This document shows positions 9,096 to 14,773 of a stretch of 14,773 bases of DNA, piece after piece. Under the pieces are notes generated by a model, which did no database searches, had not been told where the DNA came from, and saw nothing but the letters and a program-made list of their open reading frames with translations. The translations under genes and the position numbers were made by a program. Positions within the stretch are counted from its first letter, which is position 1. Every line of letters starts with the position of its first letter. Source of the stretch: Gammaproteobacteria bacterium (GTDB taxonomy: Bacteria > Pseudomonadota > Gammaproteobacteria > GCA-001735895); the NCBI GenBank assembly GCA_050298595.1, contig JBNKUM010000074.1:1-14773 (forward strand). The letters are read 5' to 3'.

Positions 9096-9292
9096 TCGGC
9101 CACTATTCTGAGCTTCACCGATTCCCTGTCATCGCCGATATCCCCATCAATCTCAAATTGCGTCAATCGCCTGTCCAGTTAGAGACGATGTGACTCCGAC
9201 AACTCGTCATTACCTGCTTCGGCTTGAACACTCACCCATAGCTCTGCTGCGAGCAGGATTTTTTCGCTAGCAGTCAGATTTTGAATATTCAT
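9092..9292 (-). pseudogene. Addiction-module antitoxin (TIGR02574-like) with an internal stop
   Basis: MNIQNLTASEKILLAAELWVSV...LSESHRL*LDRRL...ESVKLRI matches the L...E...L...LW.S...LDRR....VK.R pattern; TAA at 9179-9181. Confidence 0.75.
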
Positions 9293-9420
9293 AACTTACT
9301 CCAAATTTGTCTGGAATTTACTATCTGGCTGCAGATTCATTTGATAATTAACCTGTAAACCATATACGCCTTCATACATTCAGACAACTCATTACACAGT
9401 CATTGAAGCGTGGCCTGCGT

Positions 9421-9448
9421 TTTCTAAGCTGCCTGTGCGGCAGTGAAC
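9421..9448 (-). CRISPR. Solitary intact type I-F CRISPR repeat
   Basis: Minus strand GTTCACTGCCGCACAGGCAGCTTAGAAA: canonical 28-nt I-F repeat with CTGCC/GGCAG stem and 8-nt CTTAGAAA handle. No cas genes in the window. Confidence 0.88.
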
Positions 9449-9474
9449 TTGATTTTAATTTAAATAGGGAAGCG

Positions 9475-9497
9475 TCCCCTTTTATCAAAAAAGGGGA
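9475..9497. repeat. Short palindrome TCCCCTTTT-ATCAA-AAAAGGGGA
   Basis: 9-bp perfect stem with 5-nt loop; REP-like or terminator-like. Confidence 0.5.
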
Positions 9498-9709
9498 TTT
9501 TAGTGGACGACTCTCTTCCATTTTTATTGCTCACGTTTTGTTCTCATTCAACTTTAGTCAGTCGAATGCAAGAGATTGCAAGCTTTTGTTCCAATATCCT
9601 GGAAAATTGAGTTAATATTACAGCGCCGGTCAACGCAGTAGACAGTTTGGAATTGATATAACTCACTGAAATATATTAAATAAACTAACCTTACCAGCCT
9701 ATCTGATTG

Positions 9710-9893
9710 GGATAATGTTTTGAGTATATGACGCAAGTTGAGTCTTTTTCACAAGCCTAAACTCTGAGAAACCCGATCCATGTTCTTCTTAAACCACTGA
9801 TTTAAAGGGAAATGAAATGAAAGAACAGGAAATAAGCCGTAATTTACCCTTGCATGATATGACTCAACTTGAGGCAGATTCCTACTGTTATGC
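9710..9893 (+). other. Degenerate or expanded attC-like junction with an internal inverted repeat; its R' box GTTATGC starts cassette 1
   Basis: GTTATGC (9887-9893) is the exact complement of GCATAAC (10281-10287). Inverted repeat CAAGTTGAGTC (9734-9744) / GACTCAACTTG (9861-9871). Only a weak R''-like GGATAAT at 9710. Confidence 0.5.
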
Positions 9894-9908
9894 ATTAAAA
9901 GGATCACT

Positions 9909-10286
9909 GTGAAATACATCGATTCAAACCAACTAAAAACATATTTGAAATTGGGTCGTGAGCTTCATCAGTTTCTTGGGTTTGGTGAATATTTCGAATC
10001 AAAAACATTTGAATGGGCTAACTTATCTGGGAATCCAGAAAATGCAAAAATAAGTCTCATCCGTTCATATGATTCAGGTTCGGATTGGGGTTGCTACGAT
10101 GTCCTATCATTTGGGCAAGTCGCTGATGATGATCCAAGTGAAGAAAAGTACTTTAGTGGTACTTTAGAAGAATGTTTGGTTTGGCTTGAATCAGAGCTCG
10201 GCGGTAGTAGAGATAAATTTGTAGGCCAAGGTATGATTGATGCCATTTACGAAAAATACGTCAAGGAGAGAAACGCCGATGCATAA
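9909..10286 (+). CDS. Hypothetical protein (cassette 1)
   Basis: 125-aa ORF, GTG start after AAAGGA, stop TAA lies inside the attC R'' box. No family recognised. Confidence 0.85.
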   Translation: MKYIDSNQLKTYLKLGRELHQFLGFGEYFESKTFEWANLSGNPENAKISLIRSYDSGSDWGCYDVLSFGQVADDDPSEEKYFSGTLEECLVWLESELGGSRDKFVGQGMIDAIYEKYVKERNADA

Positions 10287-10355
10287 CAATTGGCTGCACT
10301 GGACATTTTGCTCCGCTGGCGCTGCACAAAATCCCAGTGAGCCTGAGCGTTAGGC
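10281..10355 (+). other. Intact attC site (75 bp)
   Basis: R'' GCATAAC; L'' GGCTGCACTGG pairs with L' CCAGTGAGCC leaving one extrahelical base; inner ATTTTG/CAAAAT stem; R' GTTAGGC. Confidence 0.93.
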
Positions 10356-10362
10356 AACCATT

Positions 10363-11247
10363 ATGACTCTACCAACACTACCATTCTGGTTAGTTGACGT
10401 ATTCGCTCGTGAGCCTTTGTCCGGTAATGGTTTGAGTATTTTCTTGCTTGATGATGAGTTGCCCACACATGTCATGCAGCGCATCACCCAGGAGATGCGC
10501 CAGTTCGAGACAATCTTTCTGCGTCGTATCGAACAATCATCAAGATTTAATGCTCGAATCTTCACCATGGAAGAGGAACTTCCCTTTGCAGGGCATCCAG
10601 TCATCGGTGCAGCGGCCTTGTTACACTCCGAGCTATATCCGACAGAGAATGTAGCACATCTTGAGTTTGTCTTGCATGACCGAAGCATCAACGCTGTGAG
10701 CCGCCGTCAAGGCACATCCTATGTCGCAGAAATGGATCAAGGTATTGTAACCGTCAGACCACCGATTCCGGCGGCCAAGAGTGAGGCATTCTTAAAAGCG
10801 CTGAACCTTTCAATTACAGACTTGACTGCTGATCTTCCATTACAGGTTGTTTCAACAGGATTGCCTTACCTAATTGTGCCGATCGATTCAAACCTTGAGA
10901 ACGCCCAAATCGTAGTTCAAAATTTTGAGGCCATGCTGGCAACAGTGGGCGCAAAATTTGTCTACGTCTTTCAAGTAAACCGTCTCGAAGGCCGAACCTG
11001 GGACAATGATGGTCGTGTCGAAGATATTGCAACTGGTAGTGCAGCTGGGCCGGCTGCAGCGTATTTAGTTACGCATAAACGGGCCTCATCTGGCGAGAGC
11101 CTTGTTTTGACGCAGGGACGATTTCTTAATCGGCCGAGTGAGCTACATGCTTCAGTTCAAGAGGGTACCGAGATGAGTGTCATTATCAAAGGACAAGTCT
11201 GTTTTGTCGGAAAAGGAACGCTACAGCTGCCTAACAAGCAAACGTAA
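10363..11247 (+). CDS. PhzF-family isomerase/epimerase (cassette 2)
   Basis: VDVF...PLSGN, ETIF, RIFT..EELPFAGHP, STGLP and EDIATGSAAG motifs. Confidence 0.93.
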   Translation: MTLPTLPFWLVDVFAREPLSGNGLSIFLLDDELPTHVMQRITQEMRQFETIFLRRIEQSSRFNARIFTMEEELPFAGHPVIGAAALLHSELYPTENVAHLEFVLHDRSINAVSRRQGTSYVAEMDQGIVTVRPPIPAAKSEAFLKALNLSITDLTADLPLQVVSTGLPYLIVPIDSNLENAQIVVQNFEAMLATVGAKFVYVFQVNRLEGRTWDNDGRVEDIATGSAAGPAAAYLVTHKRASSGESLVLTQGRFLNRPSELHASVQEGTEMSVIIKGQVCFVGKGTLQLPNKQT

Positions 11248-11495
11248 AAGGGGACGGAGGGATTATTTTTTGATCAATCCATCTGCTTACTCGACCTTCC
11301 GTAATGCAACTGGCCTGGTTTTTTCCCAATTCGCTTTTCCGACCATGCAATTGTCAAAATTTAATCCCTCCGTCCCTATTAATTGCCCTGGCCTGCTTTT
11401 GTTGTTCAACCTTGGCTACTTAATGCAATGGCTGTACTATTAATCAAGTTAACAGGTACAGGCAGCAGGATAAACCTACGCTGTTAGCGTTATAC
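11229..11495 (+). other. attC site interrupted by an inverted-repeat element
   Basis: R'' GCCTAAC at 11229-11235 (complement of the cassette start GTTAGGC) and R' GTTATAC at 11489-11495; about 267 bp, too long for a plain attC. Confidence 0.6.
11251..11376. mobile_element. MITE-like element with 15-bp perfect terminal inverted repeats
   Basis: GGGACGGAGGGATTA (11251-11265) and TAATCCCTCCGTCCC (11362-11376); no credible ORF inside. Confidence 0.65.
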
Positions 11496-11536
11496 AGAGA
11501 GGAGCGGTTGTAAAGTTTCTATTCAATAACCTTTTC

Positions 11537-12658
11537 ATGGACGGAATGCTGATGAATCCACTACAAATTGAACACGCGCAGAATTCACGCTTAACACAGG
11601 CGTATTTGTCTGAACTCGTGAGCAAAGCAAGAGAGAATTTCAAAGTTCCAGCGATTGCTGTATCTGTAATGAACGTGGACGCGATTTATCTCCAGGAAAT
11701 CCAGGGGGTACGAGTAGTTGACAAGCCGGACCAATCCACACTCGATGATTATTTTCACATTGGTTCTTGTTCGAAATCCGTGCTTGCCGTGATGGCAGCA
11801 AAACTCATAGAGCAGAACAAAATCACATGGCAAACGAGATTCTTCGATATGTTCCCGGAGCTGAAAGCTAACGCAAATGCCGCGTATAGCGATATTTCAT
11901 TGGAAGACCTGTTTCTTTGCGAGGCGGGAATCAAGGCATATACGAACGCAGAGGCAGACCCTTTCCCAGACTATGAATCATCGGTCAGCGACAGAAGATT
12001 GGAGTTTGTTAACTATCTGATCGCGCAACCACCCTCGTCTGAAAAGAAGGATGGCAAGTTTCAGCACTTGTACTCCAATGCGAGTTACACGATGGCATCC
12101 GCAATGCTCGAAAGAGTATCGGGCCTCAGCTATGAGGATCTTGTAAGGAGGACATTGACTGATGACTTGGGCATATCAGTCCATATTGGCTGGCCCAACA
12201 GCATCGGTGTTGATCAACCATGGGGCCACACGATTACTAAAGACAAAGTCGAGCCATTCCCTCCTGATCATGACTACAAGCTCCCATACTTGATTACCCC
12301 GGCGGGGGATTTGAGCATGACGCCCAGGGACTACGCAAAATACACGCAATTACACTTGCGCGGCTTGAAGGGCAACGACAACTACATTTCCAGCAAGGCA
12401 TATCGTCATATTCATTTCGGTCACGCCGGGTTCTCTCTCGGTGTGGCTAGCAGCGTAATGGGGGGTAAGAGGTGCTCCGGGTTTGATGGTTCCGCGGGGA
12501 CATTCTTCTGCCGTTCAATCATTGTTCCGGAATCAGATTTTGCTTTTACGATCATGACAAATGCGGGCTCTGGCACGGGCTCAATGGAAGCAGTCGATTG
12601 GTTGACCATGCGGATTGTAAAAGAGCACTTCAACTGGTGGTGGAAATTCTGGCTGTGA
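11537..12658 (+). CDS. Serine hydrolase of the beta-lactamase/AmpC-like family (cassette 3)
   Basis: F.IGSCSK (SxxK), YSN (YxN), PAGDL motifs; third motif reads FDGS rather than HTG/KTG. Confidence 0.9.
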   Translation: MDGMLMNPLQIEHAQNSRLTQAYLSELVSKARENFKVPAIAVSVMNVDAIYLQEIQGVRVVDKPDQSTLDDYFHIGSCSKSVLAVMAAKLIEQNKITWQTRFFDMFPELKANANAAYSDISLEDLFLCEAGIKAYTNAEADPFPDYESSVSDRRLEFVNYLIAQPPSSEKKDGKFQHLYSNASYTMASAMLERVSGLSYEDLVRRTLTDDLGISVHIGWPNSIGVDQPWGHTITKDKVEPFPPDHDYKLPYLITPAGDLSMTPRDYAKYTQLHLRGLKGNDNYISSKAYRHIHFGHAGFSLGVASSVMGGKRCSGFDGSAGTFFCRSIIVPESDFAFTIMTNAGSGTGSMEAVDWLTMRIVKEHFNWWWKFWL

Positions 12659-12664
12659 AAATCT

Positions 12665-13139
12665 GCATAATCGGGTAACCGGGGGTCTCTAACCCCCAGC
12701 CCCCACAACACCCTGCATGTGGGTCCGCACACGACTGCATCATTTACAGTGGCCGTTAAATCACATGGCTTCGTCGTCTTGGACCCAAAGCGCTTCGCGG
12801 GGCCGGCACTGCCAACTCGCCTTCAGCCTACGCCTAATATGATGTTCTTGTTCATCAGCTCGCAGTTTTGCTAGCGGCTTGACCGCCATGGATGGTGGAA
12901 ATGCAGGTTTTGCAGGAGCATAAACCTGTCCTTCAGACTTTTCCTCACGGATCAGCCCTTGCCATTCGCTAGTAGTTATCATCTAATAACAGTATAAGCT
13001 GCTAAGGATGGTGACCTTCCTACAGAGGACTTTCACCTCATTAGTTAATGCCCATGTCGGGCGTACACAAGGCCATTAAATTCGCTCCCTACGGTCACCG
13101 GACGGTCGCAAGCTCGCGTCGTTTATGGCAGCGTTATGG
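12665..13139 (+). other. attC site split by a group II intron
   Basis: Removing 12670-13066 restores GCATAACAAGGCCATTAAA...TTTATGGCAGCGTTATGG, with L boxes GCCATTAAA/TTTATGGC and R' GTTATGG at 13133-13139. Confidence 0.88.
12670..13066 (-). mobile_element. ORF-less, internally deleted group IIC-attC intron (397 nt)
   Basis: Minus strand 5' end GTACGCCCGACATGGGC..GAGGTGAAAGTCCTC; 3' end with degenerate domain V (12705-12738) and domain VI GGGGGTTAGAGACCCCCGGTTACCCGAT; exon junction TTGT|intron|T in the attC bottom strand. Confidence 0.88.
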
Positions 13140-13159
13140 TAAATAAAAGGAGATTTGAG

Positions 13160-13630
13160 TTGAGGATTATATTTTTCTTATTTGTGTTTTTTATTAGTGC
13201 ATGTGCAAGTTTTGGTGGGTCAAAAGGAACTGAATATAATGGATTATCTAAAATTAAAGAAAATACTGGACAGATATATTTATACAGGCCATCACGCTTT
13301 ATCATGAGTTACGCTATCCCTACAGTTAAGATAAATGGTGACCAAGCCCTGCCTGTTAGAAATGGTAGCTATGTGGTATATGATCTGGCGCCTGGTGAAT
13401 ATACAATTTTCATAGGTGACAACGCTAATTGGAGCCTATCCGATATTGAGTTTAAGGTTCAAGTAGAGCCGAATAAAAGGCAGTTTTTCCGATTAGTAAC
13501 TTCACTTGGCTCTTTTATTCCTCTTGGGTCGTTGATATATTCAAGGCTAGACGGGCATCTTAGTAAGGTATCAAGTGAATTCGCTGAATCTGAACTTTCT
13601 GATCTTTTACATACGGGTAATTGGCCATAA
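13160..13630 (+). CDS. DUF2846-like lipoprotein (cassette 4)
   Basis: Lipobox ISAC, IYLYRP, V.ING....VRNGSY....LAPGEY. TTG at 13160 (7 nt after AGGAG) is preferred to the ATG at 13136, which lies in the attC core. Confidence 0.85.
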   Translation: MRIIFFLFVFFISACASFGGSKGTEYNGLSKIKENTGQIYLYRPSRFIMSYAIPTVKINGDQALPVRNGSYVVYDLAPGEYTIFIGDNANWSLSDIEFKVQVEPNKRQFFRLVTSLGSFIPLGSLIYSRLDGHLSKVSSEFAESELSDLLHTGNWP

Positions 13631-13698
13631 TCGGGATAGAGAGCTACTCAAGTACCCCCTCCCACAGCACCGTACATACGGGTCCGTATACGGCGCCT
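13630..13698 (-). mobile_element. 3' end (domains V-VI) of a second, different group IIC intron inserted in the R'' box of cassette 4
   Basis: Minus strand AGGCGCCGTATACGGACCCGTATGTACGGTGCTGTGGGAGGGGGTACTTGAGTAGCTCTCTATCCCGAT|TATGG; CGC triad as in class IIC. Confidence 0.88.
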
Positions 13699-13723
13699 GA
13701 CCAGGTCCGTGCTTATACGCTTA

Positions 13724-14663
13724 TACCGGGTTGGACCTAAGTAACCCATTGATTCTATGGACTTATTCCCCATATAACCCTATGATTTATCCCTTAAAGG
13801 GCCCATTTAACAGGGAAAAAACAAACTTTAAGGAAAAAGACCATGCCCCGAGCTAATCGATATTTTCAACCGGGATATATTTGGCACATAACACACCGCT
13901 GCCACAAAAAAGAATTCTTACTAGAATTTTCCAGGGACCGTGAGCGTTGTATCTCATGGTTATTCGAGGCCAGGAAACGCTATGGCTTGTGTGTATTAAA
14001 CTATGTGGTCACCTCTAACCACATCCATCTACTGGTAAAAGATACTGGAAAAAATGTCATCGCTAAAAGTCTGCAGTTAATAGTTGGACGTACGGCTCAG
14101 GAATATAACCAGCGTAAACAACGCAAAGGAGCATTTTGGGAAGATCGTTATCACGCCACGGCAGTCGCGTCGGACGAGCACTTTATTAAATGCCTGGTTT
14201 ATATAGACCTCAACATGGTCAGAGCGGGTGTTGTAGAACACCCTGCAATATGGCCTCACGGTGGTTATCAGGAAATCCAGCAGACACCAAAGCGCTATAG
14301 AATCATAGATACCTCAAGCTTAATGGAAATAGTTGGGATTCAGGATATCGAGACTTTGCAACAACAGCATTTGCAATGGCTGAACAATGAGCTCCTAAAC
14401 CTGAATGCTGAAAAAGATATCAACTGGAGTGAAAGCCTGGCGGTAGGCAGTGAATCCTTTGTTGATGAAGTACGTGCCTTGCTTGGGTATAAGGCCAGAA
14501 AAAGAAAAAATGCAGCCATTGATGAAAAGCATGTGCTTCGTGAAACGCCAGAACTTTACAGGGTTGATTTTGATAGTGAAATGGGCGGTTTAAGCCTGAA
14601 TAATCAACTTTTCTGGGATAAAATATTAGTATAAACAATAGCTTACTTAGGTCCGACCCGGTA
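13724..14663 (+). mobile_element. 940-bp element: HUH transposase bounded by 21-bp terminal inverted repeats
   Basis: TACCGGGTTGGACCTAAGTAA (13724-13744) and TTACTTAGGTCCGACCCGGTA (14643-14663), 20/21 complementary. Confidence 0.85.
13843..14634 (+). CDS. Y1 HUH transposase, RAYT-like (IS200-like fold)
   Basis: MPR start, WHITHR, HUH motif in NHIHLL, FWEDRYH, YIDLNMVRAG (catalytic Tyr region); AAGGA RBS. Confidence 0.92.
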   Translation: MPRANRYFQPGYIWHITHRCHKKEFLLEFSRDRERCISWLFEARKRYGLCVLNYVVTSNHIHLLVKDTGKNVIAKSLQLIVGRTAQEYNQRKQRKGAFWEDRYHATAVASDEHFIKCLVYIDLNMVRAGVVEHPAIWPHGGYQEIQQTPKRYRIIDTSSLMEIVGIQDIETLQQQHLQWLNNELLNLNAEKDINWSESLAVGSESFVDEVRALLGYKARKRKNAAIDEKHVLRETPELYRVDFDSEMGGLSLNNQLFWDKILV

Positions 14664-14773
14664 GTCGGTTTAGGCTTGAAATCCCTTATGATCTAGGCTT
14701 TCTAACAGCAAAATGAACGTTATACTGTTTTCTATTCATGTCAGGTATTCTGTATTTTATCAAGTTTGTAGAT

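Larger units (their letters stand above)
9887..13630 (+). mobile_element. Integron gene-cassette array, at least 4 cassettes, no intI in the window (CALIN-like)
   Basis: Four co-oriented ORFs, each starting after a GTTRRRY-like core and ending at the complementary inverse core: GTTATGC/GCATAAC, GTTAGGC/GCCTAAC, GTTATACAGA/TCTGCATA|AC (one mismatch), GTTATGG/CCATA|. Confidence 0.88.

Noticed and set aside
9389-9420. Self-targeting by either CRISPR spacer within the window
   Set aside because: Only short chance matches seen by eye, none with a CC PAM and an intact seed.
10363-11247. Phenazine biosynthesis as an electron shuttle for the multiheme cytochrome
   Set aside because: Lone PhzF-family genes are widespread, no other phz genes are present, and it is an independent cassette.
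12761-12982. 73-aa minus-strand ORF inside the intron
   Set aside because: Lies in ribozyme domain I and has no RT motifs.
14700-14725. TTCTAAC...GTTATAC resembling attC core boxes
   Set aside because: About 12 bp apart with no L boxes or stem; too short to be an attC.

Overview
Accessory, heavily decayed region of a bacterial genome (probably a gammaproteobacterium; inference from gene and repeat types). Left half: the 5' end of a lipoprotein with tandem ~96-aa Ig-like (He_PIG) repeats that the ORF track misses, an IS66 remnant, a broken and partly duplicated OlsF-like acyltransferase/GNAT gene bracketing an intact cytochrome b561, and a type I-F CRISPR remnant. Centre: an intact 1096-aa lipoprotein with 37 CxxCH heme motifs built from a ~46-aa di-heme repeat, followed by a decayed toxin-antitoxin pair that has a perfect solitary type I-F CRISPR repeat just upstream. 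Right half: an integron cassette array with no integrase in the window (hypothetical protein, PhzF, serine hydrolase, DUF2846 lipoprotein). Only one attC is clean; the other junctions carry two different group IIC-attC introns or inverted-repeat elements, and a RAYT-like HUH transposase with terminal inverted repeats sits beside the second intron end. All counts and coordinates were read by eye; no database searches were run.
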